Shown: one piece after another, positions 37,837-48,283 of the stretch
Position numbering within the stretch: position 1 is the stretch's first letter
Layout: every line of letters begins with the position of its first letter
Virus record (IMG/VR): IMGVR_UViG_2775506767_000005
Location: 1-64,000 of that record
Reading direction: 5' to 3' (one strand)
DNA from: a virus
Lineage: Duplodnaviria; Caudoviricetes
Length of the DNA: 64,000 nt
Translations under genes and position numbers: made by a program
Notes under the pieces: model-generated
Databases searched by the model: none
Told to the model about the DNA's origin: nothing
Seen by the model: the letters and a program-made list of their open reading frames with translations, nothing else

Positions 37837-40155
37837 ATGAGTTATTTAATTAATGCAACTCGCCCAGCATCACTAAAGCTAAACGACGCCGAATACATCG
37901 ACCAGCTTGAATCTTTTCAAGTGTCTGATACGTCGTCATACAGAAACGGAATTGTGACCACGACAGGGACAATCCTTCTCGGCACCGTCGGAGGCTCAGA
38001 CCTGCAGGATTATGAGCGGGATGATTTTCAACGTGGGTCCACTGTTCGATTTGAGGTGACATACCCAAGCGGCAACACTGCACTACATCCAAGGGGCCGG
38101 CTAAATGTCATCAGCTCTGCATACGATCCAGAGCTCGAACGGATCACCCTTGAGGTCGGTTGCGACTTGGTCGTGGCAAAAATGCTTGATAACGACTCTG
38201 TAGTGCTTCCATTCGAAGCGGTCCCCCTAGACGAAACATCGAAAACCTTTGAGGGCATTGCGTCAAGTCTTGCGGCTGTAGGCGGCCTGATATGGCAGGC
38301 AAACGATGGCTCTATTCAACAGACAACGTTCTTTGACGGCGATTCCTATGGCAATTATCAGCAGGGATCGTTCGTCTCGGTTCGCGGCGTCACAGCTCTG
38401 ACCGTTCAACCCTTAGCAGCGACTGAAGCAATACCGGATCAAATCGAGCTGAGCTACCAGTTCCCGACCGACGAAAGGGCAAAGAACAATCAAGGCAAAG
38501 TTGACACTGTGACAACAGAGTCTGACTACTTCATCAAATATCCGGCCACGGTTTTCGAGCGGATTAAGGGCGCAACTGTAGATATCAAAGTCATCGTGGG
38601 AGGCGGGCCGGTCACCATTCCTGCGATAACGACTCCGGAAATCCAGACGGGCTGCGGAAACGCTCCCATTCCTCCTCAGTTCAGACCTTCTGAAACGATC
38701 AATATTCCCGGCTCGGAGCAAACAAAACAGATTCCTGCTCCATGCAGCGTTGGCTATGAGACAAAGTCTGTTCCTCAGTACATCCCAGCGAAACGGAAAG
38801 AGGTTCGAACGACTACCTACGACGGCCCGGCAGCTCAAACGTCGATGACAGAGAGCCAGATTGAAGGCCCTGTGATTGAGCTGAATTCTCAATATTTTGC
38901 TGACAAATTCGCTTATTGCGGAGCAACTTACGCGAACAGATGTCTGCCATCTCCATGCGCTTTGTTCGGCACCTACACAGTCGTTCTGGGCAAGCAGCAG
39001 ACCCAATACATCTACGGCAAATCAGCAGAGGTAAGAAAGACAATCACCACAACTTGGAGGCCCAAGCTCGCGGCGGCGCAACCTGACGACTGGAGGTCGG
39101 GAGTTGTTAGAGGTGTCGCGCAAGACTTCAATCAAGGCCTGGCAATTACAGCCATCGGCCTTTACAGGCATCAGATCGTCATCAGAGAATTCCGAAAGGA
39201 GAAAAACGCCAATATCCAGGAGACAACTACGTTTACCTCCGCAGTTTCTCGAGGGGGCGGCATTGGCGCAGCAATCGACGCCAAGAAAGGGATCAAGACA
39301 TCTGAAATCAGGCGCTCAGTGACGTCGGTAGCGGCTGAGATTCGCCCTGACTCGCTCAATGCTGCAACCACTTCTGTCACAACAGAAAAGACGACCGTCG
39401 AGATGCACGGCCAGGTTGGCGGCTATGTCAATGGCGCAGGCCCCTACATCCTCAAAGAGGACATCCCCGTTCCTCTGCTTTACAACTCCTCAAATAGCGT
39501 TAAACACGCGGCGAATTTTTACGGCGATTACTTGGCCAGATTTATTGAGGGTGATGCGCGAGGCCTGTCAATCGGAGAAGCCCTAAGTGAATCCTGGGCT
39601 GCGAGCTGGACGCCAAATATGCCCTTCAGGTATTACGACCCTAAAAGCCAAAAATTAATGGCGCTTAGGGCTGACGCCTGCTCGTGGGGCGCTGATTCAG
39701 GTGGTTGTGTGGTTGTCATGAATGGGATCTGGGTTGCCGACATGTCTGGAACTGTGACCATTCCTTCGAACCTTCGAGGCAACGCCACGCCTGACATGAC
39801 CGCGGACGATCCGATAGCTCCAACACCTCCGCCGGTTGATGAGCCGTCAGTTATCGGCGACGTCGTCATAAACAAGCGGTTCAACTTCCACGTCGACGTC
39901 TACATCACGTCAAAGATGCTTTGCAATCCTTCAGGGAATGATGGCGTCAGGGTCCCAACTCCTGGCCCCCAGAGCGTCACTCTCGGGATGACGTGGGTGG
40001 TTTTCTGCAGGGGTCGCATCGTTCGGCCTGGTGCTCTCATAGCGCTCGAAAACGATGGATCAATTCCGGTGACGCATCACTACAACGTGGTCGTTGATGA
40101 AGCGCTTGTCGTTATCGATGACGACGTCCTGTTCCCGGACATTGTTCAGCCGTAG
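37837..40155 (+). CDS. Probable baseplate hub / tail tip protein
   Basis: 772 aa from ATG at 37837, beta-rich. Called on position after the TMP and Dit-like genes. Confidence 0.6.
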   Translation: MSYLINATRPASLKLNDAEYIDQLESFQVSDTSSYRNGIVTTTGTILLGTVGGSDLQDYERDDFQRGSTVRFEVTYPSGNTALHPRGRLNVISSAYDPELERITLEVGCDLVVAKMLDNDSVVLPFEAVPLDETSKTFEGIASSLAAVGGLIWQANDGSIQQTTFFDGDSYGNYQQGSFVSVRGVTALTVQPLAATEAIPDQIELSYQFPTDERAKNNQGKVDTVTTESDYFIKYPATVFERIKGATVDIKVIVGGGPVTIPAITTPEIQTGCGNAPIPPQFRPSETINIPGSEQTKQIPAPCSVGYETKSVPQYIPAKRKEVRTTTYDGPAAQTSMTESQIEGPVIELNSQYFADKFAYCGATYANRCLPSPCALFGTYTVVLGKQQTQYIYGKSAEVRKTITTTWRPKLAAAQPDDWRSGVVRGVAQDFNQGLAITAIGLYRHQIVIREFRKEKNANIQETTTFTSAVSRGGGIGAAIDAKKGIKTSEIRRSVTSVAAEIRPDSLNAATTSVTTEKTTVEMHGQVGGYVNGAGPYILKEDIPVPLLYNSSNSVKHAANFYGDYLARFIEGDARGLSIGEALSESWAASWTPNMPFRYYDPKSQKLMALRADACSWGADSGGCVVVMNGIWVADMSGTVTIPSNLRGNATPDMTADDPIAPTPPPVDEPSVIGDVVINKRFNFHVDVYITSKMLCNPSGNDGVRVPTPGPQSVTLGMTWVVFCRGRIVRPGALIALENDGSIPVTHHYNVVVDEALVVIDDDVLFPDIVQP

Positions 40156-40191
40156 GCCGGAACACTACAGCGACAGAAAAGCTGCTAACCC

Positions 40192-40905
40192 ATGGCAATC
40201 ACTGCAAAAATATCCGCAGCAGAGATCTCGGCACAAGTTGATCAGCGCTTCGTCAACAAGTACGTCGAGGGGATCCTTATCGACGCGAACGGGGTCACTT
40301 ACAGCCCTGGGACGACTGTCGACTCAACCTTTCTCGGCTTCGAGGTGGCGGAGGCCAACGGCTACGAAAGACAAGTGCTTGTCTTCCAAGGGCAGGATCA
40401 GACCGCTTACACAGATGACGGCGTCGGCTTAGCCACTAAGGGCACGGTTTTCACTCATGACGGAAGTGCCAACGCAATCACTTTCACTCATGCCGCTCTG
40501 GTTTGGGGCACAGGAAATGTGGCCGCTCTTGACGCTGCTACTACTGACCCTGCTGTCGGAGTCGATGGGGTCTATACCGATCTTCCTACCGTCACGGATG
40601 GTTCGGGGACAGGCCTAACAGTTGACCTCACGGTCGCCAACAACGTGTTTGTTTTCTCGCCGTCCCGTTTTGGCCGGAACTACCAGACAGGCGACTCGGT
40701 CACCATTCTCGAAACCACGATGGAGCAGGCGGGCGCTGTTGCGGCCGGAGCAGGGCTGGCTCAGATGTTGGTTGGCACTGTGAGCAGCAACACAGAGGCA
40801 GGGCAGTTAATCACCGTTGCGCCTGTCGACACTCAGGTCACCTTGGACGCCGGCAATGAGGCGGCCTTCTATTGGGACTTCAAGCTTTTTGGATTCGCTG
40901 ACTAA
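40192..40905 (+). CDS. Virion structural protein
   Basis: 237 aa T/G/A-rich, with a 'G.G.GLTVDLTV......G..Y..GD..TI' module. Box at 40159. Confidence 0.6.
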   Translation: MAITAKISAAEISAQVDQRFVNKYVEGILIDANGVTYSPGTTVDSTFLGFEVAEANGYERQVLVFQGQDQTAYTDDGVGLATKGTVFTHDGSANAITFTHAALVWGTGNVAALDAATTDPAVGVDGVYTDLPTVTDGSGTGLTVDLTVANNVFVFSPSRFGRNYQTGDSVTILETTMEQAGAVAAGAGLAQMLVGTVSSNTEAGQLITVAPVDTQVTLDAGNEAAFYWDFKLFGFAD

Positions 40906-41168
40906 TGGATTTACTTCAAAAAACAATTAAGACCGCCGAAACCGCTCGACTGATCGAGCTTGAAAGAAGGCTTGAGGGGTCAGCTCCTCGCGGAGACTTT
41001 GAAGGCAGCGTGACCGGCTACTGGAACAAGCTCGATGATTTAGGGGTGGGGATTGTTGATTACAAGGGCAAGCAGTACAAAACCAGATCCATCGGCTTTA
41101 TGTCGCTGCCTAAGGGGACAGAAGTCGAGCTCACTTACGCCCAAGGCGTCTATTACGCAAAGTTCTAG
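40905..41168 (+). CDS. Small tail-associated protein
   Basis: 87 aa, TAATG-coupled. Confidence 0.6.
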   Translation: MDLLQKTIKTAETARLIELERRLEGSAPRGDFEGSVTGYWNKLDDLGVGIVDYKGKQYKTRSIGFMSLPKGTEVELTYAQGVYYAKF

Positions 41169-41170
41169 CC

Positions 41171-41383
41171 ATGCCAATCAATTCAACGTCATTCGGCTCA
41201 GTTCCGATCCAGCAAACTGGCAGAGTTGTCCTGGCGCTGGTTTCTGCGCGGCCAGATCCGACAGAGGCACTTAATCCGCCGAGAACCCCTGGGGAGTTGA
41301 TTGGTTACTACAACCCTGGCACCGACAAAGTAGAGCTCTGGACGGCTTCTGCCGGGGGCACTTTCTGGCGAGAGGTCGGCTGA
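41171..41383 (+). CDS. Small tail-associated protein
   Basis: 70 aa within a coupled operon. Confidence 0.55.
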   Translation: MPINSTSFGSVPIQQTGRVVLALVSARPDPTEALNPPRTPGELIGYYNPGTDKVELWTASAGGTFWREVG

Positions 41384-41709
41384 TGCCAGACCCTCGCGAG
41401 ACACTCGCTCACGGCACGTTGACGCACGTCTATACCAAGCCTTTGAGCGAGGTGGTCGGTCTATACCCGCGCTCTACTAAGACCCCTTTAAATGAGAATC
41501 GACTGGTGAGAGTTGAGGGGCTATTTCAGCCGCAGAGCCAGGACCCGATCGCTGAGGGCGAGATGATCGTTTTATTTAGCGAAGAGTTTGGAGTCAAAAT
41601 TGCTCAGATATTTGTCGCGGTCGATATCAGCGGGACTCTGGAGTGGAAAACAATTCAGCACAGAACTGGGATCAGCAACTCTCAGACCGGCGGACCCTGG
41701 AACCCATAA
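41383..41709 (+). CDS. Small tail-associated protein
   Basis: 108 aa, TGATG-coupled. Confidence 0.55.
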   Translation: MPDPRETLAHGTLTHVYTKPLSEVVGLYPRSTKTPLNENRLVRVEGLFQPQSQDPIAEGEMIVLFSEEFGVKIAQIFVAVDISGTLEWKTIQHRTGISNSQTGGPWNP

Positions 41710-41748
41710 CCGTCGGCACCCTAGGCGGACCTGATCGCGTCTTAGGCA

Positions 41749-43272
41749 ATGGTGTGGGGGCAAAATGGAGGGTTAAGAGAATTCTTCGACAAGAACCAAA
41801 GGTTAGAAAGCGACGCTCGCGATCGCCGCCTCAGCTACGAGAGGCTCACCGATTCGGGCAGCCTAGAAAGTACGGGATATGAGGGAAATTCTTTCGAGAC
41901 CGAGACCGGCTCTTTCAACTGCCAGACGGCATCAGATTGCGGCGCTGATCACAGTTGTTCCGGCGGGCAATGCGTGCCCAACAATTCGACCAGCACTACG
42001 GCCGCAGGTGACGGCGCCTCTCCAGGCGGGTCGTCAAGCGGCGGCGGATCGCCAAGCGCGGGCTGCAGTGGTGACATCCCTGGAGACGACTGCATAGAAA
42101 AGGGGTGCGCCACTGGGCCTACATGTGGAGACGGAGGAGAGGAGCCCTTTGGCTGCTGCGGAACGCCTATCTACAGATGCCATGGCGCAGGCCAAACCGG
42201 AGAGCCGCAATGCGAGCCGTGCGAGTTCGAAGAAAAAGAGTGCAATGACTTCTGTGATTCGTGGTTTAAGTCACACGGTTCACTGGCCCCTAACTGCACA
42301 AGCGGAGCTACTGGCCGACCCCTGACGTGTGGCGATTGCAGTGAATGCTTTGCCAGCCTGTGCCGCGAGGCTGACGACGGCCCTTGCTGGTGCAAGCCAG
42401 GGAATACTGGCTGCCCTGACTGCGAAGAATGTCAAAGACCATCCGGCGACTGCAAGGCTGGTGTCGGGGTGTGCAATGACGAGTGCAACTGCTTCGTCAC
42501 CTGCCCCTGCGGAACTCAATACCAAGGCTTCCACACGCAGGAGCATTACGCCACCGGGCTTGCCTGCCCATCTGCGTGCCGCGCCGCCACTTATCAAAAA
42601 TATTGCGTCGAGGGAAAAGATAAATCCTGCCCACCCCAGAAAGACTCCTGCAAGGCGGATCCCGGAAATAAGTGCGAGCTCGATTGTTACTGCACCTCTC
42701 AAAAGGTTTCATGCAACGGGACCCACACCTGCCCTGACGGCTACCGCTGCCAAGTCACGGGAACGCTGAACGCCTCACTTGGCGGTCAATGCGAGGACGG
42801 AACCGATCCCACAAACCTTTGGGCGACAGGTGGCAAAACCATCTTCCTGAGGATCTGCAAGATGGCAGACGACCCCGACTGTCAGGAGTGTGATTGCAAT
42901 TGTGAGAATGATTGCCCTGACTGCCACACCTGCGGGGCTGACGGAAGATGTGTTTATGACGAAGGCTGCGACACCCCTTGCGACAATCCCTGCAATGGCG
43001 CTTGTTGCGGGCCGGGCCAGAAATGCGTCCCCGCAGTTCTTTGGCAAGTCATCGACGCCTGCCACTTCCAGGGCGCGACTTTCGCGGCTCCTCAAGGTGT
43101 CACCCCTGCGCTAGTCCATACAACGGACGTCACAAAAGAAGATGCCGTCTGCGATCGCTGGCACACTCACTGCGCTGTCACGGTTCAAGGGGGTCAGGTC
43201 GCTCAGCACTTGGACTGCCAGAAAGGTCTCAAGCGCATTGGGCCGGCTGGATACAACATCTGCAGCGACTGA
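41749..43272 (+). CDS. Extremely cysteine-rich protein in the tail region
   Basis: 507 aa with about 63 Cys by hand count. Variant box GGCACCCTAG at 41715. Confidence 0.75.
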   Translation: MVWGQNGGLREFFDKNQRLESDARDRRLSYERLTDSGSLESTGYEGNSFETETGSFNCQTASDCGADHSCSGGQCVPNNSTSTTAAGDGASPGGSSSGGGSPSAGCSGDIPGDDCIEKGCATGPTCGDGGEEPFGCCGTPIYRCHGAGQTGEPQCEPCEFEEKECNDFCDSWFKSHGSLAPNCTSGATGRPLTCGDCSECFASLCREADDGPCWCKPGNTGCPDCEECQRPSGDCKAGVGVCNDECNCFVTCPCGTQYQGFHTQEHYATGLACPSACRAATYQKYCVEGKDKSCPPQKDSCKADPGNKCELDCYCTSQKVSCNGTHTCPDGYRCQVTGTLNASLGGQCEDGTDPTNLWATGGKTIFLRICKMADDPDCQECDCNCENDCPDCHTCGADGRCVYDEGCDTPCDNPCNGACCGPGQKCVPAVLWQVIDACHFQGATFAAPQGVTPALVHTTDVTKEDAVCDRWHTHCAVTVQGGQVAQHLDCQKGLKRIGPAGYNICSD

Positions 43273-43308
43273 AGATCGGAAAGATAAGGCAGCTTGTGAA
43301 TAGTTTCT

Positions 43309-46300
43309 GTGGCTGTTTTTCCTGATCGTATTGTCCAGAAAAACAGCACAGATCCTGCCGGTTCGGTAAGAACTGCTGTCGATCCCGTGATCGGTTCAGA
43401 CCCAATCATCGGCGGTGAACTTGTAGTTCAAAGATCTATTGGCAGCGCTCAACTACTCACTCTTGATGCTAATAATACTCCAGTAGTTGTAGGCGTTTCG
43501 GCAAATGTTGGAGCGACCACTCCATCGATCAAGCTGAATTTTGAGGAAGATGGCACCGATACGCCGTATGAATATGTTGTCGGCGGATATCCTTTCGACC
43601 CCAGCGGCAAGTTTGGCAACTGTTATAAACACATTGCCGGCAGCACTTCCCCACGAATCAATCCCCTGAGAATCCAGGCCGAGAATGTGCCTGTCCTAGG
43701 GAGCGAAACTTGGACATTTAACTTCTGGTTTAAAAGCGATTTTACTTTTGACTTTTACAGCCACTTCGACCCCGCCCCAAACAGCCTGCTAGTTGTTTCG
43801 GCGAGAGACTATGTCCATGGACCTGGAGCTTTCACTGTCACGATTGATGGTGGCACAACTGACACGGGCGGGATCGGCACGGACACAAGTCGCACGGCGG
43901 ACCTGGCTAAGGGCGCGATCGTGTTTGGCCTGGGTGGCATGTACGGCGCGACAGAAAGCACCATCCCTCAGATCCCCTCCACAGGCGAGATCGTCACTTC
44001 TGCTGCGACTGGTGTCTGTGACAACAACTGGCACTACATCACCTTCATGCACGAGGGCAGCGGGGTTTACTCCTGTTTCATTGACGGCGAACTGAAAGAA
44101 AGAAACATCCTCGACAGCCCCGTCAATTACGGCGACTCAGGAACTTCAGGGATCTTGATGCCCTCGGGTCTCGAGTTCGGTGGAGCTCTTCAGATCAATG
44201 ACAACGACGTATTTCCTGGATCAGAGTTTTTCGGATTCAACGGCAGGCTTGATGGTGTCACGTTGTATGCCGGCAACGCCATTTTTCGGGGATTGCGTCA
44301 GTTCACAGTCCCCACCTCTGCTCCAAACGACGACCCAGTACAGCAACCCCTAGACACGCTCAGGACACTCCTCGACACGGGCATCGACGCAATCCCAGGT
44401 AATGGCGAAACGCTTGTCTATAACGCCACGGAGGGCGCCTGGGAGAACTCACCAGCTCCAGCATTCAGCCTCACTGGCAACAACCTTGGAGATATTGGAG
44501 ACGTCACCATCGCGGCAGTCGCCTCGCTGACTCAAGGCGAAACGATTACGTGGGATGTCGCGACCTCTAATTGGATCAACAGCCCGATCCTGATCGAAAA
44601 CACCGACGTCGATACGACCCTTACGGGCACGGGATATGTGATCCGCCACGACGGTTTGACCGGCTGGAAATCAGAGCGCCTCGATTACGCCGATCTGAGC
44701 AATGCCCCTGCAGCTCTGAGCGACCTGACACAAGACCTGGATTTAAGTCTCTACAACGTCGTTGACCTGGCCGATGTTGTTGTTACCTCGATTCAACAGG
44801 GCGACGTCCTCGCATGGAACGACGCTAATAGTCAGTTCGAAAACATTGCTCAGCCACCGGCAAATATCAGCGGAAGCAATCTCGACGAACTTCTCAATGT
44901 CAAAACGTTCGCCGACGTAAGTCAAAGCGTTTTAAACACTTACACCTGGTTGGCATGGAATGCGATCGACGCCAAGTGGGAGCCGAGAACTCTTGAATAC
45001 ACTGAGGTGTTTGATGCACCTGCAGACCTAAGCGATTTCAACAACGACCTAACTCTAAATAGTTTCACCAATGACGCTGGTTATCTTTCAGCGGCAAACC
45101 TGTCGACGTTCTCTCTCAACTCTTTCGGCGATGTAACTATAACCAGCCCTGTCGAATCTCATGTCCTGGTTTACAGGTCCGGTCAGTGGCGCAATGAGGT
45201 TGGCCCACCGGCAAACATCACGAGCAACTCAATCGGTGACCTTGCGGACGTCACTAAAACTCAGGCAGCCAATACCTTGCCGGCGGTGGTGACCATGGAG
45301 GACATGGGCCACCTGGTCTTTGACAGCCCTCTGCTCGCGTCAAATATCACTTATCAGGTGATGTACGACCACGACCGATTAGGTCTTGGCCTTTCGGCTA
45401 TTCGTGACTCTGACGACACGGGATCCGAGATCTTCGTTAGCCGTGGTGGTGGTGTTGACCTTCGCTCAGACGTCAACTTCTTCCGCCTACGCGGCAAGCC
45501 TGATGTAACAACCAACAGACCCGAACTCCGTTTCGAGACTGGTGATTCTTTCGCTACCCCTGCGACAGGTCACTACATCTCACTCAAGATGCCCTCCACG
45601 GTCCTTGAAGATCAGACCTATTACTTGCCCCAAGAAGATGGCGACGTCGGCGACGTGCTCGCTACTAACGGAACAGGTGAGCTGTCTTGGATTGCTCGCG
45701 CCTCGAACAATGATCTGGGCCAACTGAGCGACGTCGATCTGAGCACTCAGTTACCAGTCGACGGCAGCGCGTTAATTTACAACTCAGCGGCCTCGATGTG
45801 GGTTCCTGGAGCCAGCGTCACAGACCTGAGCACGTCAGTTTTGAATGACATCTCGGACGTCTCTTATGGAGGCACACCGGGGACAGGTCAGGCATTGCTA
45901 TGGAACGGCAGCGCCTGGGTGCCGAATGACATTGCGGTCTCGCTCGACGACCTGGCTGATGTCACCTTCTCAAACGGGGCGTTCACTGCCACTGGACTGC
46001 AGGCGATTGTCCTCGAGGACACGGCAGGCACTGGGTTCATTGGGTTCACCTCACCCGCGAACTACAACGCGACCGTTCTTTATACGCTCCCCGTTGACGA
46101 CGGGGCAACAGGTGAGGTGCTCACCACTAACGGATCAGGGGTCCTCTCCTGGATCGAGCCCGGAGTTGATGAAGCATCCCCTGCGATTGTTTGGGACGTA
46201 ACAAACGTTGGGGTCATTGCTTACGGGTTTACCGGCTCAGGCTTTTCGACTACGACAAGCAACCCGGCCCTTTACGTGGTGCGCGGTCAAAAGTACACGT

Positions 46301-47055
46301 TTAATAAGACAATCTCTGGCCATCCGTTCGAATTGGTCGAGGCCGATGGTGTTACCCAGTACACCGCCGGAGCTGTAGAGAGTCAGCCCCTGGCCCTGGG
46401 CGAATTGAACTGGACGGTGCCGATGGATGCACCCTCAACCCTTGGCTACCGATGCACGGCTCACCCGTTGATGAAGGGGATCATCTATGTCTTAAACGCT
46501 GGCGTCGACCTGGCCTCGTCGAACATCGAAGAGCTCGCCAATGTCTCGTCAACCGCCCCAACCGCGGGCCAGGCTCTTGTGTGGAACGGCACGGAGTGGG
46601 TCCCTGGGTCCGTCCTCAGCTCTGGCAGCGCTACCGGATCAGCGATCAGCCAGTCCGTAACTGAGACACAGGTATCCGATGCGAATGGTTTCTTGACCTT
46701 CATCGACCTGGGCACCTCTGGAACGTTGATCGATATACAGGCAGGCGCTGAAGCGTGGGTGACTATCTATTCATCAGTAGCGACAAGGGCCGCGGACGCC
46801 GCAAGAAGCCTCGAGGAAGATCCTGCACAAGGGTCGGGAGTCCTTGCGGAGTTCGTTATCCCCGCATCGACAACAGTGCTGACAACGCCGAGCACCAACT
46901 ACTTCAATTCGGAGGGACTCATCTCCGAGTCGATCTATGCAGTGGTTCGCAACCCCTCGACAGCAGCCGCGCTCAATAACGTCTCAGTGACTGTCAGGGC
47001 GTTCGCGATCAGCGGTTACACCGCAGTCTCTGGAGGCACTTTCGGCAGCGGTTGA
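43309..47055 (+). CDS. Long tail fibre with LamG-like and cupredoxin-like domains
   Basis: LamG-like 'WTFNFWFK...NWHYITF....YIDGEL', many 'L.DL.DV....GQ.L.W....W' repeats, and 'GHPF...YRCTAHPLMKG'. Confidence 0.85.
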   Translation: MAVFPDRIVQKNSTDPAGSVRTAVDPVIGSDPIIGGELVVQRSIGSAQLLTLDANNTPVVVGVSANVGATTPSIKLNFEEDGTDTPYEYVVGGYPFDPSGKFGNCYKHIAGSTSPRINPLRIQAENVPVLGSETWTFNFWFKSDFTFDFYSHFDPAPNSLLVVSARDYVHGPGAFTVTIDGGTTDTGGIGTDTSRTADLAKGAIVFGLGGMYGATESTIPQIPSTGEIVTSAATGVCDNNWHYITFMHEGSGVYSCFIDGELKERNILDSPVNYGDSGTSGILMPSGLEFGGALQINDNDVFPGSEFFGFNGRLDGVTLYAGNAIFRGLRQFTVPTSAPNDDPVQQPLDTLRTLLDTGIDAIPGNGETLVYNATEGAWENSPAPAFSLTGNNLGDIGDVTIAAVASLTQGETITWDVATSNWINSPILIENTDVDTTLTGTGYVIRHDGLTGWKSERLDYADLSNAPAALSDLTQDLDLSLYNVVDLADVVVTSIQQGDVLAWNDANSQFENIAQPPANISGSNLDELLNVKTFADVSQSVLNTYTWLAWNAIDAKWEPRTLEYTEVFDAPADLSDFNNDLTLNSFTNDAGYLSAANLSTFSLNSFGDVTITSPVESHVLVYRSGQWRNEVGPPANITSNSIGDLADVTKTQAANTLPAVVTMEDMGHLVFDSPLLASNITYQVMYDHDRLGLGLSAIRDSDDTGSEIFVSRGGGVDLRSDVNFFRLRGKPDVTTNRPELRFETGDSFATPATGHYISLKMPSTVLEDQTYYLPQEDGDVGDVLATNGTGELSWIARASNNDLGQLSDVDLSTQLPVDGSALIYNSAASMWVPGASVTDLSTSVLNDISDVSYGGTPGTGQALLWNGSAWVPNDIAVSLDDLADVTFSNGAFTATGLQAIVLEDTAGTGFIGFTSPANYNATVLYTLPVDDGATGEVLTTNGSGVLSWIEPGVDEASPAIVWDVTNVGVIAYGFTGSGFSTTTSNPALYVVRGQKYTFNKTISGHPFELVEADGVTQYTAGAVESQPLALGELNWTVPMDAPSTLGYRCTAHPLMKGIIYVLNAGVDLASSNIEELANVSSTAPTAGQALVWNGTEWVPGSVLSSGSATGSAISQSVTETQVSDANGFLTFIDLGTSGTLIDIQAGAEAWVTIYSSVATRAADAARSLEEDPAQGSGVLAEFVIPASTTVLTTPSTNYFNSEGLISESIYAVVRNPSTAAALNNVSVTVRAFAISGYTAVSGGTFGSG

Positions 47056-47085
47056 CCGGAACCCTAGCCCGAGATTGACGGGCTT

Positions 47086-48249
47086 ATGGCGGACTTCATC
47101 GCACGGATCAAACCAAAAAAGAGCTCCGTATCAGGTGAAGTCCCCACGGCCTCAGACCTCGAAGTCTCCGAGATTTCAGTTAACACCGCCGACGGCAAGC
47201 TGTTCGTCAAGCACACCGACGGCAGCATCAAAGAGATCAGTGGATCGAGTGGCGCCAGTGACGGATCAGTCAGAACAAGTGATCCACAAATCACCACAGC
47301 AGCGCTCGCTCAGTACGCATCAGAAGACGCCACCTTTGGTCAGACCGGCAGGGCTGGGCAGTTCCTGAAAATCGAGGCAAGCTGCGCCTCATGGGTCGTC
47401 TTCTATTCGAGCAGGGCTGCGCGCACTGCTGACGCAGCAAGAGCATCAGACGAGAACCCAGCCCAGGGCGTCGGCGTACTGATGGAGGTTTTCACCGATC
47501 AGGCTGAGACCGTTCTGATCACGCCGTCTGTTCTCTACTTCAACGACGACGTCAACGAAGGCGCCGAGGTCTACGCAAAAGTCGTCAACCAAGACGCGAC
47601 AACTCAAGCGGTCACCGTCACGGCCACCGTGGTCCCTATCGAAGGACGCTCCCTATACGAAGCAGAGGGGACAGCTCGGATCAAGGGCCTAAGTGTCGAG
47701 TCGGCATCGCTGGCCACGAACGCATCAGAGTTTTTAACGCTTAAGCAGACCGCACGATCTGGCCAGTTCACAAAGATCTCGACCTCAGCAGCGGCCCGCG
47801 TAATTTTTTACAGCACGACAGCAGCGAGAACAGCCGACTCGTCAAGGCAGCAAGGTTCGACTCCCTTGGCTAGCTCCGGCGTGTTGATGGAGGTGGTCAC
47901 CGCAGGCGCTGAGACGTTAGAGATCACTCCAGCAATTCTCTATCAAAACTCTGAGCCAGGCGCAGCCGGCGAGCTCTACGTGAGCGTGACGAACCTGGAG
48001 ACAATTGCAACCGCAATCACTGTCACCGTTGACGTCGTACCCATCGAGGGACGCGGTGCATATCTGAGTGAGCTGAATGAACTACTCGATGTCGACACTA
48101 CGGGCGTAGCTAATGGTGACGCGATCGTCTACGACGCAGCAGCATCGAAGTGGGTTCCTGATCAGCTCATCAGCCTGAGCAGCTTGAAAACTGAGGTGGC
48201 GGCTGCTTCTGATTTCGCCGACTTTCAGTCGAGGATCGCGGCGCTCTGA
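47086..48249 (+). CDS. Fibre-associated structural protein
   Basis: Anchor domain 'RIKPKKSS.SG.VP...L...EI.VNTADGKLF' plus two copies of the domain that ends the 43309 fibre. Confidence 0.7.
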   Translation: MADFIARIKPKKSSVSGEVPTASDLEVSEISVNTADGKLFVKHTDGSIKEISGSSGASDGSVRTSDPQITTAALAQYASEDATFGQTGRAGQFLKIEASCASWVVFYSSRAARTADAARASDENPAQGVGVLMEVFTDQAETVLITPSVLYFNDDVNEGAEVYAKVVNQDATTQAVTVTATVVPIEGRSLYEAEGTARIKGLSVESASLATNASEFLTLKQTARSGQFTKISTSAAARVIFYSTTAARTADSSRQQGSTPLASSGVLMEVVTAGAETLEITPAILYQNSEPGAAGELYVSVTNLETIATAITVTVDVVPIEGRGAYLSELNELLDVDTTGVANGDAIVYDAAASKWVPDQLISLSSLKTEVAAASDFADFQSRIAAL

Positions 48250-48283
48250 TCGGAACCATAGGCCGACAGATCAAGCCGGCTTA

